NCBI GenBank assembly: GCA_951406725.2
Contig: OX597822.1
Span: 24,552,001 to 24,616,000, forward strand
Direction of reading: 5' to 3'
Source: Octopus vulgaris
Taxonomy: Eukaryota
Length of the DNA stretch: 64,000 nucleotides
In this document: positions 1 through 12,085 of the stretch, piece by piece
Position numbering within the stretch: position 1 is the first letter of the stretch
How the letters are laid out: every line of letters begins with the position of its first letter
Notes under the pieces: model-generated
Told to the model about the DNA's origin: nothing
Databases searched by the model: none
The model's input: the letters and a program-made list of their open reading frames with translations, nothing else
Position numbers and translations under genes: made by a program

Positions 1-232
1 CGCATAGCTTCAGGTTCAGTCCCACTGCATGGCACCTTGGACAAGTGTCTTTTGCTATAGCCTCGGGCCAACCAAAATGTTGTGTGTGGTTGAAGGAAAC
101 TGAAAGAAGCCTGTCGTATATATGTGTGTGTGTGTGTGTTTGTTTATGCGTGTGTGTGTCCATCGCTTGACGGCCAATGCTAGTGTGTTAAATTCCCTGT
201 AACTTAGCAGTTCAGCAAAAGAAGAATAAGTA

Positions 233-1147
233 CCGTAAATCCCCGAGTATAGTCCGCCCTTGGGTATAATATGCAGCGGATTTTTAGAGGGTTGTACCTT
301 TGAAAAACCTAAACCTTGTGCATAATACGCACCCCTTCTCTAATTTGAGTCAAGGAAGTCTATCTAACGTCCTCGGTTTGTAAAACTTATACGGTAACGT
401 CCTTTATTATTATTGTATACTAGCAGTATCGCCCGGCGTTGCTAGGGTTTGTAAGGGAAATAACTATATAAGCATTTTTAGAGATGTAAAGTATAATAGC
501 CATCTCAATATGGCTAACCACAAAGGTGGGGTGTTACTGTAGCTTTTTACGTTCTGAGATTTAAAAATACATTTTTAGAGAGTTACTTCCCTTATATAAT
601 AGCAATAAAATGCATTAGAAATGGGAAAAAATGATGGTAAATTTTTTTTTAATCGTAGACTCATCGTAGACGCGCACTAATACCCAGAAGGGCTCGATAT
701 AAATCACGACTATAAGATACTCGTTTTTGGTTACACTGCACCGCAAAATGTGGGAGTAGTTAGGAATCTAAATCGTAGGAGACAGACACACAACTTCACT
801 TTTATATATAAAGATATAACATAATGCAAACCCGTAGCTTTTTTGTGCATTTTGTTCGGAGAAAATAAAGAAATAACAGTAATAACAGTAATAACGTTTA
901 ATAAATGATGCTTACTGCAAGTTATGGATGATTTTTTTTAATGACTTCATTGCTTTCAAGCTTAGCTTAAGGTATTTTCGCGCCAGACATCACAAAATAT
1001 CTGAGTAAACATTGCCGGACAGCAAATAGAGACTCGGACATTGCTTAGAAAATAATTTTCATTTTTAACCTCGTATATAGTACGCACTAGGGATTTTGAC
1101 CTTTAAATTTTGAGAAAAAAGTACGGATTATACTCGAGGATTTACGG
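233..1147. mobile_element. Non-autonomous Tc1/pogo-type DNA transposon (MITE) inserted into a SINE tail
   Basis: TIRs CCGTAAATCC(C/T)CGAGTATA(G/A)TCCG at both ends with a TA target duplication. The SINE sequence gaataagta|ctaggcttacaaagaataagtcc resumes after 1149. Confidence 0.8.
420..814 (-). mobile_element. Non-autonomous Helitron nested in the MITE
   Basis: On the minus strand: 5' TC, subterminal GC hairpin (CCCTAGCAACGCCGGG) and 3' CTAG. Homologous to the copy at 60052-60560. Confidence 0.75.
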
Positions 1148-1340
1148 TACTAGGCTTACAAAGAATAAGTCCTGGAATCTATTTCTTCGACTAAAAACCC
1201 TTTAAGCATGGCCGCAGTCAAATGAATGAAACAAGTAAATGAATCTCCACTCTTACTGTGATCTCTACACATTCTGATCGATACTTCCATGTGTTAACCA
1301 GTACCTAGCAACAATGTAAACTTTCATTCGATTAAAATAC

Positions 1341-1432
1341 TCTTGGCCTGACGAATAGCCTGCGATACACATCTCGCTTGGATATTTACCACTACTTAGG
1401 TTTCGCTCGCTATGAAACACATGTTGTTCAGA
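1341..1432 (+). ncRNA. Hammerhead-ribozyme-like motif (type I)
   Basis: tcttggc-CTGACGA-atagc...gctat-GAAAC-acat-GTT-gttcaga; helix II 5 bp; helix I 6/7 pairs counting G-U. Confidence 0.55.
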
Positions 1433-1687
1433 TCTTCTCTTCTCCATTCCTTAACTCTTGTATTCTTATTTGCATGCCCGGCGACCTTGGTCGCCTGATG
1501 TGAAATATAAAAAGAACTTTCTCTAGTTCATTGTACTACAGTACGAAAAAATGTACAGCCTTCCGTCTCAATAAAATATTGTCCCTGAAAGTTGTTTTTT
1601 ATATTTACTATGGATTGCTTGAAGTTTCTTCCTACACCTCGATCCTTGGATCTTATACACACGCACACATACGCATACACACGCACG

Positions 1688-1738
<51 letters not shown>

Positions 1739-1793
1739 AACGGGCCTTCTTTCTGTTTCCGTCTCCCAAATCCATTCACAAATATACATATAC

Positions 1794-1828
<35 letters not shown>

Positions 1829-1858
1829 CATACATAATATGATATAAATAATATGTAT

Positions 1859-1900
<42 letters not shown>

Positions 1901-2164
1901 CCATTTTCTGCTTACTTAAATTTTATATATGTATATATATAAATATATATAATAATATAGGGTACAATTAATTAATTAATTGATTAGTCAATTAATAATT
2001 AATAATTTTACCAGTACGTTAAAAAAACCCTTTTTAAGTGAATTATACAAAATATTCTATCATTATAAACCTAATTATAATCAGGGGTCAGCTTAGTGCC
2101 TGGCCACGTACAGAATTAGAAATAGGCGCTAATGTCTTTCTAACTACCTTAAAAATCTCCGAAC

Positions 2165-2532
<368 letters not shown>

Positions 2533-2684
2533 AACGGACTTCTTCCAGCTTCCATCTACCAAATCCACTCACAAGGCTTTGGCCAGCCCGAGGCTATAGT
2601 AGAAGACACTTGCCCAAGGTGCCACGCATACTGACCACGGAACCATGTGGTTGGTAAGCACAAAAAAAAAAAGAAAGAAAAAAG

Positions 2685-2945
2685 AAAAATAGGAAACAAA
2701 ACGATAAACTGAACAATTATAAATTCAATTATAAATTTATGACACACCTCATAAATTACAGCTGTTTCCGCTTCTTAGATATTTGACATCCCTTAGGTGA
2801 ATTTTACACCTTGCTAATTTGTTTTATATATATAGCAAATTAGCCAGGTGTAAAAGAAGCGGAAACAGCTGTGATTTATGAAGCGTGTCATTTGTTTGTA
2901 TAAAATATTGTATTGGATTTAGAATTGTTTTGTTTTCTATTTTTC
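2685..2945. repeat. Fold-back inverted repeat carrying a GAAACAGCTGT hammerhead half-motif
   Basis: tgacacacctcataaattacagctgtttccgcttctt (2740-2776) pairs with 2854-2890; nested inner IR 2802-2821/2836-2855. Confidence 0.7.
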
Positions 2946-3299
2946 TTTTTTTTTTGTTTACCAACCACATTGTTCCGTGTTCAGTCCCACTGCGTGGCAC
3001 CTTGGGCAAGTGTCTTCTACTATGGTCTCGCGCTGACCAAAGCCTTGTGAGTGGATTTGGTAGACGGAAGCTGGAAGAGGTCCGTCGTATATATATATAT
3101 ATATATATTCTTCATCTTCTTCTTAATCCTTTTTGCTCCTTGGCGTCTCGGTTCCCCACCTGGACGGGACGCCGGTCCGTCGCAGGTGAGCTGCAAGATG
3201 CAGGAGAAAAGAGTGAGAGAAAGTTGTGGCGAAAGATTCAGCAGAAGTTCGCCATTACCTTCTGTCGGAGCCGTTTGGAGCTTAGGAGTTTCGCTCATA

Positions 3300-4020
3300 G
3301 TCAAAGCACTACTGACAATAATAGAACCAGTAGAACTAGATCTAGGAAAGGCTTATGGTTTAATCCGGCCTTTAAAATTACAGTAAAAACTAATATAGGT
3401 AGAGATTTCTTGAAACTAGCTTCTAGGCAATTTCAAGAAAACCATAAGTTTTATAGAATTTTAATAGAAGAACGCTTAAGATTAGCTATTGTTGTTGCAA
3501 GAGCTTCACCTCTTTAATTAATCAGTACAGCACCAAAACTATTAAAAGCAACCACAGTGCCAGAAATAACCAAACAAATTGCAATTTCAAACATCAATGT
3601 TACTGTCTGTTTGGAGGAATTTGTCTAGAGAAAAGAATTGTCTATAGAGCTAAAGTACAAATTGACGGCTCGCAAGAATACAAAACATACAGGAGCTTCA
3701 GAGAATTCCTTTAAGACTAGATTATATTCCCATTGAAATTCATTTCGATACCCCGAAAATAGGATAGCAACGAGTCTTGCCAAACGTGTCTTGGAATTTA
3801 AAAGGAAATAATACCCGTCCTTTCAATATCAGATGGACGATCTTGGAGAAAGCTGCACCATATAAGTACGAGGCATAGGGACGTCCTATAAGATGCAACC
3901 TGTGCCTGAGCGAAAAGCTGTTCATCTTGTTCCAGGATAAATATGCCTTGAACCAGAGACTGCAGCCTTTGATTTCCTGTAGACATGCTATGAGGTATAA
4001 AATGTCGACTGATAAAATAC
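3300..4020 (+). mobile_element. Penelope-like element fragment (linker + GIY-YIG endonuclease), degenerate
   Basis: RSRKGLWFNPAFKITVKTNIGRDFLKL, GGICLEKRIVYRAKV, FKTRLYSH, FNIRWTILEKAAPY, RCNLCLSEKLFIL and CRH match PLE C-terminal motifs; frameshifts and stops present. Confidence 0.85.
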
Positions 4021-4421
4021 CATAGGGATAATAATAATATTTGACTTTCACATTTGATCTTGGCATTACCACCTAAAAGCAGGCATCATTTTGTATAATA
4101 TCGCACTTATATTTTACATATTTCGACCTTCAGAGAAACCTTCGACTGTTTACAGTCTTTTATTTTTATTTTATTTTCATTGTTTTTTTGTAACCATTTC
4201 TTTTAAATTCTCCTTTTTGAGCCATTTTATTTTTTTTACAGTGCAATTTACCCTATTATATAACTAACAATTTTGATTTTTATCGTACATCTTAAAGCCC
4301 TTTTACAGTCGTCTAATGTGTTGTATAGATATCGCATATTTACAGACGACCAAAATGTGCTTTTTAAAGGCATCAAACATCAGCATGAATTTGTTTTATC
4401 TTATTTTATTCTTTATTATAA

Positions 4422-4467
<46 letters not shown>

Positions 4468-5043
4468 GCTTACTTAATTACTTCCATTACATTTATTTAC
4501 CATTTTTATCATAATTTTTTTCTTTTGCGATTTTCGGCAGTCACTAAGTTTTCTCATTTAAATTTCGCCGATGCCAAAATTTATATAATATTATATTATT
4601 ACACTATGATTTTAATTATATTATTGACTCTTTCAGTTCACAATTTGAAGTTACACTATTTTAATATTCAATATACCAGACTAACGGTTTTAAATATAGT
4701 CTTGTGTGTATATACTTTATGGTGTATATACGTTTAAGTGAGTATGTATGTATATTTCATGTGTACGTCAGCAGGCTTGGCCTTTTATGCGGAAAGTTTA
4801 GCTGTATCTTTTCCATACTGTTTGTTCCTTTTCTTTTCATCCTCTTTCTTCCTTATAGTAAGATACTTTACTGCAGGCAGTTAAATCCTTTCTCTTTTTC
4901 TATCTTAATTTTTTCTCTCTCTTTCTTTTGCTCCATTCTACTACTTTTTCTTCCAACAACGACCTCTTATCCCTATTCTGATTCTTTCTAACGTGTAGCA
5001 ATGGAGTTACGACTTCACAACATACGCACGAAGATTTATGATG

Positions 5044-5113
<70 letters not shown>

Positions 5114-5603
5114 AGCGTAGTTACCTTTATATACATTAGTATATATATATTCACTGTGCCTCTGAAAATTTCATCTACGTCATATGTCCCGGTTGCAGTA
5201 GGAAATATATAGGTTCAACATGAATGTCCCTAAAACGCAGATCTACACTACACACACAACAAATCTACCACCACCAATACCGTCAAATAACACTCACAAT
5301 TCACAATATTCCTACAACACGGAAAGGATCTCAACTCAACAGCGACTAAATAAAGAGGCTACATTTATTGAAAAATACAAAGCAGAACTTAACATAAATA
5401 TATAATGGACTTCACAAATAATTAAAAAAACAACCAGAAAAAAAGGAAAAAGACTTAGCTAAGAAATATCATATTCACTGATTATCTCTTTAGCTAATTC
5501 ACTGATTATCCCCCTTGAGATGTACTCTCATGTACAACCGCAAAACTGCATCATACCTGCCTCTACGTAGGATTAAATCAAAAACTCATGATTTCATAAC
5601 ATT

Positions 5604-5637
5604 GAGTCATGATTAGCGAAGCAAAACCGGTCGACTC
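5604..5637 (+). ncRNA. Degenerate minimal hammerhead motif
   Basis: gagtc-ATGATTA-gcgaagc-AAAAC-cg-GTC-gactc: perfect helix I and a GTC site, but 3 core substitutions. Confidence 0.4.
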
Positions 5638-5774
5638 TATACATATTGTAAAGGATTAAATATCCTTTATCTGCACAAACAAGACTTCTGCGCCTTTTCC
5701 CTTTAAATCTTTTTACACACACATGTATCTCTGCGTGTATGTATACACACATGCACTGACACACGTATGTATGC

Positions 5775-5806
<32 letters not shown>

Positions 5807-6066
5807 GTGTGTGTGTATGTATGTATGCATGTATGTATGTATGTACGTACGTATGTATTTTTTATTTATGTATGGCTGAGGCTAAGAAATTTGTTTCTCA
5901 ACTACATGGCTTCATGTTTTCTGCTGTAGTTTCAGGTCAATCAATGACAGGTGTAGATAGCAACTGAAAGCAGCATGTGGTGTGTGTATGTATCACAGCT
6001 GGAATATGTATAATCACAGCTAGAATGTGTATATACATCTATGCACGTATATATATATATATATAT

Positions 6067-6229
6067 AAAGTAGCTGTATACTGTCAACAGTCCTATGAAG
6101 GGAATAATACTACTGCTATTTAGCCCTAGGAAACAGCAACGCTTCCTGTCGGCCTTGACACATTTCCTGTGTCCTTATGTTTCCCTTCATGGGACTGTCA
6201 CATTAAGTTGACAGTATACAACTACTTTA
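6067..6229. repeat. Nested inverted-repeat element enclosing an unidentified multi-stem motif
   Basis: aaagtagctgtatactgtcaac pairs with gttgacagtatacaactacttt, and cagtcctatgaagggaa with ttcccttcatgggactg. The core resembles 35695-35765 and 36041-36112. Confidence 0.7.
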
Positions 6230-6283
6230 TCGTATCACTACTGCATAAATCTCTCTGAGAGATTTAGAAATGTATTATTTCTA

Positions 6284-6338
<55 letters not shown>

Positions 6339-7012
6339 GTGTACGTGGAACAGGAGACAGTGTTACCAGTCACCACTTGTACTAGTGCCTGTTGCTACTT
6401 GTACTGAAACTGGAGCTAAAGATGACCCGTTATTTCTAGCGTTAGAGGTCAACAGCTGTAGATAGAAGACGATGAAATCTATTGACAATGTTGACAACAA
6501 ACTTTTATTACTTTTGAAGCAAAATACAAATATTGTTGCTGTTGCTACTACAAATGACAAAGGTTGGTAATTGTCATAGTGTTCAAAAAGTCAACAACTC
6601 GTTATTGTGTTGCTGCGTCTGACAGTTCATAACGAGGATGTCAGTTTGATCCAGCCACTGCTTGTCTTTGCTTGCCATCTGTCTGCTGCGTTTCCTCGTG
6701 CTCCCTCTGCTATATCACAAAGCTCTCTATCTGGTGCTCGTGTGTGTGTGTGTGCCATTTTATACCTATTGATGCACCCAGAAAGGATCACACCAAAAGT
6801 TGAAATTATTGCAGGAGCCTGTTTCGTATGAGATCATGATTAGTTAAAGATACTTACTCAAAGTGCAGCACAGTGATTGTGAAGCGAGCTTTTTAATCAC
6901 AGAGCCAGATCAGCAATTTGTTAGTCGTATTTGCCTGGTATATGTCAAGGGACAGGTGGCTAATCTTCCTTAGATTTAGATAGGTGTTATCAGTACTATA
7001 CACGTATATATA

Positions 7013-8075
7013 TGTAGTGGATCTTGCATGCATGAAGTGGATTCGATCCACTATAGCCAAATTTAAATTAACACTGCAACAGAACTTTTCCCACGATGGA
7101 ACAATGGTTTTTCTGTGACAGCAGTTTTACATTTTCTAGATGCCTTTAGCTAGGCTGAAATAATGTTTTCACCACTTGACCCTTTCTAACCTCTTCTACT
7201 TCACCAAAAGCTAGAATAAAGCTAACAAGACCACCAGCTAAATCTATTGTTCTCAATGATATATCTATCCTCCTGGATCTTTATATAAGCAAGCACACCC
7301 CAAGTAAAAGCTAGTTCGTGACGACTCAACGAAGTCTGGTTGACCAGCTAGAACCTTAGTCAGAAAGAGAAAGCAACTGTGAGACAACACCCTACAATTC
7401 TCTCTAGCTCTAATTCTGTTCTCTCACAACATCATTCTATCTCTCTCTGTATTTACTACCATGGTTTTTCTGTGACAGCAATTTTACATTTTCCAGATGC
7501 CTTTAGCTAGGCCAAAATGTCTTCACCACTTGACCCTTTCTAACCTCTTCTACTTCACCAAAAGCTAGAATAAAGATAACAAGACCACCAACTAAATCTA
7601 TTGTTCTCAATGATATATCTATCCTTCTGGATAGTTACATAAGCAAGCATACCCCAAGCAAAAATCAGTTAGTCACCAGTCGGTGACAACTCAACGAAGC
7701 CTGGCTGACCAGCTAGAATATCGGTCAGAGGGAGAAATGAAGTTTACTGTCAGCAACGTCCCACACCCTACAATTCTCACTAGCTCTAATTCTGTTCTCT
7801 TACAACATCATTCTATCTGTCTCCGCAATTACTACTAAACAATGAAGAGAACCCAAACACAAACTTTACTTCGCATGCCTTTGGATTTATCATTAGCCTG
7901 CCCGTCGAGGCAAGGTATTTGTAATGTAACGGAAAATAAACATATTCTTAAAACTTTATGCATTGTTCATCTTTCTCATCCTATAGTATGCAATATTAAT
8001 AATAAGTAATTAACGTTACAACTGTTGACACAGACATATCATAATATTTTTTACAAATCAATTAAGGCCGTTACA
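7013..8075. mobile_element. Solo LTR (TG...CA) with an internal ~360-bp tandem duplication
   Basis: Begins TGTAGTGG and ends GTTACA, flanked by a 4-bp TSD (TATA); homologous to 17583-18281. Confidence 0.75.
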
Positions 8076-8184
8076 TATACACTTAAGCACATTTAAAAAC
8101 AAGTACAGACATTTATACACACATATGTTGTGACTATAAGTGTGGAGGCCAAAATTCAATAAAGTAGAAAACAAATGTCAACAA

Positions 8185-8563
8185 TCTCTATATATAAAAC
8201 ACAGGATATGTGTCTGTCTGTATCTTTGTTGTGTTGTTAAATCTCGAGATCCACCCAATTTTAATAAAATTTTCACCATTAGACTTCAAATTTACCAGGA
8301 ATGGCTCTAAGCATAAAAAATGTTGAAAATTTTGCGTGTGTTTGGGCAAAAATCGATAAATTCGATCTTTTTGCAAAAAAGAAGGCAAAAGTTGCACGTG
8401 GGAAGACCTTTTACAGGAATAACTGTAACTTTCAGAAATCTTTGCATATTATAACTGTATACGGAGCTTTTAACTGGTAGCACTTGCATGTGCAAGTTGT
8501 TTGCAAGACATCAACTCAAACTATGCTGCTAACATCCTGGGCAACACTGGGTACATCTGCTAG
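8185..8563 (+). mobile_element. Non-autonomous Helitron
   Basis: 5' TC(TC)TATATATAAAAC, subterminal CCTGGGCAACACTGGG hairpin remnant, 3' CTAG followed by T. Confidence 0.65.
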
Positions 8564-8595
8564 TATTATAATATAATATATAATATATATATATT

Positions 8596-9684
8596 GGCAA
8601 CGAGTACAGTGAAGAATTCCGGGTAGAGGTTGGGGTCCACCAAGGTTCAGTCCTCAGTCCCCTCCTATTTATCATAGTCCTCCAGGCAATAACGGAGGAA
8701 TTCAAGACAGGTTGCCCCTGGGAGCTCCTCTATGCTGATGACCTTGCTCTAATTGCTGAGTCACTATCAGAACTGGAGGAGAAGTTTCAGGTGTGGAAAC
8801 AAGGATTAGAATCGAAGGGCCTTAGAATCAACCTAGCCAAAACCAAAGTCCTAATAAGTAGGAAGGTAGATCAATCACAAACGCCTTCAGGTAGATGGCC
8901 CTGCTCGATCTGTAAAAAAGGTGTAGGTAGAAACTCTATAAGATGCACCAAGTGTAAGCTATGGACACATAAGAGGTGCAGCAATGTCAAAGGAAGGCTA
9001 ACTAGGAAAATAGTTTTTGTCTGTGGCAAATGCTCAGGAGCAATAAACACTGGAAATGTGCAGAGACCAACTTCTGCCACATTCCAGGGAGACAAACTAG
9101 AAGTAGTTGATAGCTTCCGCTACCTAGGAGACCAAGTCAGTAGCGGGGGTGGGTGTGCTGAAAGTGTAACTGCTAGAGTAAGAATAGCCTGGGCAAAGTT
9201 TAGAGAGCTCTTACCCCTGCTGGTGACAAAAGGCCTCTCGCTCAGAGTAAAAGGCAGACTGTATGATGCATGTGTACGTACAGCCATGCTACATGGTAGT
9301 GAAACATGGGCCGTGACTGCTGAGGATATGCGTAAGCTCGCAAGAAATGAAGCCAGTATGCTCCGATGGATGTGTAATGTCAGTGTTCATAATCGTCAGA
9401 GTGTAAGTTCCTTGAGAGAAAAGTTGAACCTAAGAAGCGTCAGTTGTGGTGTGCAAGAGAGACGGCTGCGCTGGTATGGTCATGTGACGAGAAAGGCTGA
9501 AGATAGTTGTGTGCAAAAGTGCTACACCCTAGCAGTTGAGGGAACCTGTGGAAGAGGTAGACCCAGGAAAACCTGGGACGAGGTGGTGAAGCACGACCTT
9601 CGAACTTTAGGTCTCACTAAGGAAATGTCTAGAGACCGAGACCTATGGAAGTATGCTGTGCGTGAGAAGACCCGGCAAGACTAG
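8596..9684 (+). CDS. 5'-truncated RTE-clade LINE ORF: reverse transcriptase C-terminal half, embedded PHD-type finger, RTE C-terminal domain
   Basis: Open frame from 8596: GVHQGSVLSPLLF, LLYADD, GLRINLAKTKV, FRYLG, HGSETW, RLRWYGHV, RGRPRKTW; no stops or frameshifts, so a young copy. Confidence 0.93.
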   Translation, partial: GNEYSEEFRVEVGVHQGSVLSPLLFIIVLQAITEEFKTGCPWELLYADDLALIAESLSELEEKFQVWKQGLESKGLRINLAKTKVLISRKVDQSQTPSGRWPCSICKKGVGRNSIRCTKCKLWTHKRCSNVKGRLTRKIVFVCGKCSGAINTGNVQRPTSATFQGDKLEVVDSFRYLGDQVSSGGGCAESVTARVRIAWAKFRELLPLLVTKGLSLRVKGRLYDACVRTAMLHGSETWAVTAEDMRKLARNEASMLRWMCNVSVHNRQSVSSLREKLNLRSVSCGVQERRLRWYGHVTRKAEDSCVQKCYTLAVEGTCGRGRPRKTWDEVVKHDLRTLGLTKEMSRDRDLWKYAVREKTRQD

Positions 9685-12085
9685 TCAGGCCATAACCCGT
9701 GGCCCCTACCTGGGACGTAGTCAGTCCTCCTGAGCATACCTTCTTTCTTGTGACACTTATGAAGACCTGTTGAGGCAAGTGAAAATCAAATCAAAACAAA
9801 TCAAAATAGATGAACATCAGTGGAATTGTATTCTTTGTGGTACCAGTGCCGGTGGCACACAAGAAAACCACCCAAACGTGGCCGTAGCCAGTACCGCATC
9901 GACTGGCCTCCGTGCTGTGGGCACAACAAACACCATCCGATCATGGCCGTTCGCCAGCCTCATCTGGCACCTGTGTCGGTGGCACATAAAGACACCATCC
10001 GAAGACCCGGCGACGTAGTCAGTCCACCTGTGCATACCTTCCCTCTTATGACACTTGTGAAGACCTGTTGAGGCAAGTGTGTGACACTTGTGAAGACCTG
10101 TTGAGGCAGAGGCAAGTGTGTGACACTTGTGGAGACCTGTTGAGGCAAGTGTGTGACACGTGTGACACTTGTGAAGACCTGTTGAGGCAAGTGAAAATCA
10201 AAATCAAACCAAATCAAAATAGATGAACATCAATGGAATTTGTATCTTTGTGGTTCCAGTACCGGTGGCACACAAGAAAACCATCCGAACGTGGCCGTAG
10301 CCAGTACCGCTTCGACTGGCCTCCGTGCTGTGGGCACAACAAACACCATCTGATCGTGGTCGTTCGTCAGCCTTATCTGGCACCTGTGTCGGTGGCACAT
10401 AAAAACACCATCCGAAGACCCGGCGACGTAGTCAGTCCACCTGTGCATACCTTCCCTCTTATGACACTTGTGAAGACCTGTTGAGGCAAGTGTGTGACAC
10501 TTGTGAAGACCTGTTGAGGCAGAGGCAAGTGTGTGACACTTTGTGAAGACCTGTTGAGGCAGAGGCAAGTGTGTGACACTTGTGGAGACCTGTTGAGGCA
10601 AGTGTGTGACACGTGTGACACTTGTGAAGACCTGTTGAGGCAAGTGAAAATCAAAATCAAACCAAATCAAAATAGATGAACATCAATGGAATTTGTATCT
10701 TTGTGGTTCCAGTACCGGTGGCACACAAGAAAACCATCCGAACGTGGCCGTAGCCAGTACCGCATCGACTGGCCTCCGTGCTGTGGGCACAACAAACACC
10801 ATCTGATCGTGGTCGTTCGCCAGCCTCATCTGGCACCTGTGTCGGTGGCACATAAAAACACCATCCGAAGACCCGGCGACGTAGTCAGTCCACCTGTGCA
10901 TACCTTCCTTCTTATGACACTTGTGAAGACCTGTTGAGGCAAGTGTGTGACACTTGTGTAGACCTGTTGAGGCAAGTGAAAATCAAAAATCAAAATAAAA
11001 TCAAATCAAATCAAACCAAATCAAAATAGATGAACATCAATGGAATTTGTATCTTTGTGGTACCAGTACCGGTGGCACACAAGAAAACCATCCGAACGTG
11101 GCCGTAGCCAGTACCGCATCGACTGGCCTCTGTGATGTGGGCACATAACAAACACCATCCGATCGTGGCCGTTCGCCAGCCTCATCTGGCACCTGTGTCG
11201 GTGGCACATAAAAACACCAACCGAAGACCCGGCAAGACTAGTCAGGCCATAACCCGGGGCCCCTACCTGGGACGTAGTCAGTCCACCTGTGCATACCTTC
11301 CTTCCTTCTTGTGACACTTGTGAAGACCTGTGAAGACCTGTTGAGGCAAGTGAAAATCAAATCAAATCAAATCAAAACAAATCAAAATAGATGAACATCA
11401 ATGGAATTTGTATCTTTGTGGTACCAGTGCCGGTGGCACACAAGAAAACCATCCGAACGTGGCCGTAGCCAGTACTGCACTCCGTGCTGTGGGCACGTAA
11501 CAAACACCATCCGATCGTGGCCGTTCGCCAGCCTCATCTGGCACCTGTGTCGGTGGCACATAAAAACACCATCCGAAGACCCGGCAAGACTAGTCAGGCC
11601 ATAACCCGTGGCCCCTACCTGGGACGTAGTCAGTCCACCTGTGCATACCTTCCTTCTTGTGACACTTGTGAAGACCTGTTGAGGCAAGTGAAAATCAAAA
11701 CAAATCAAAATAGATGAACATCAATGGAATTTGTATCTTTGTGGTACCAGTGCCGGTGGCACACAAGAAAATCATCCGAACGTGGCCGTAGCCAGTACCG
11801 CATCGACTGGCCTCCGTGCTTTGGGGACGTAACAAACACCATCCGATCGTGGCCGTCCGCCAGCCTCATCTGGCACCTGTGTCGGTGGCACATAAAAACA
11901 CCATCTGAGCGTGGCCGTCTGCCAGCCTCGTCTGGCACCTGTGTCGGTGGCACATAAAAACACCATCCGAGCGTGGCCGTCTGCCAGCCTCGTCTGGCAC
12001 CTGTGTCGGTGGCACATAAAAACACCATCCGAGCGTGGCCGTTCGCCAGCCTCGTCTGGCACCTGTGTCGGTGGCACATAAAATC
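9666..12085 (+). repeat. Hierarchical tandem array: six ~335-453-bp units with internal ~30-bp and 62-bp subrepeats
   Basis: The unit start gaagacccggc occurs at 9666, 10001, 10414, 10867, 11223 and 11575; 62-bp repeats start at 11851, 11913, 11975 and 12037. Confidence 0.92.

Larger units (their letters stand above)
1..1240 (+). mobile_element. tRNA-derived SINE (family A), interrupted by the MITE
   Basis: ggttcagtcccactgc B-box-like head, ccttggacaagtgtc, ggaaactgaaagaagcc, internal (TG)n and tail; same family as the full-length copy at about 51110-51480. Confidence 0.75.

Noticed and set aside
2885-3517. 210-aa ORF as a real gene (also 54665-55267)
   Set aside because: Chance read-through: SINE plus PLE fragments at 2885-3517, and mostly SINE sequence at 54665-55267.
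6363-6560. Possible minus-strand exon (acceptor-like TTCTATCTACAG)
   Set aside because: Weak donor, no partner exons and no recognisable protein motif.
9666-12085. CRISPR-like array of ~30-bp repeats
   Set aside because: The intervening sequences are themselves repeated rather than unique spacers, there are no cas genes, the context is eukaryotic, and it is the tandemly amplified 3' UTR of an RTE LINE.
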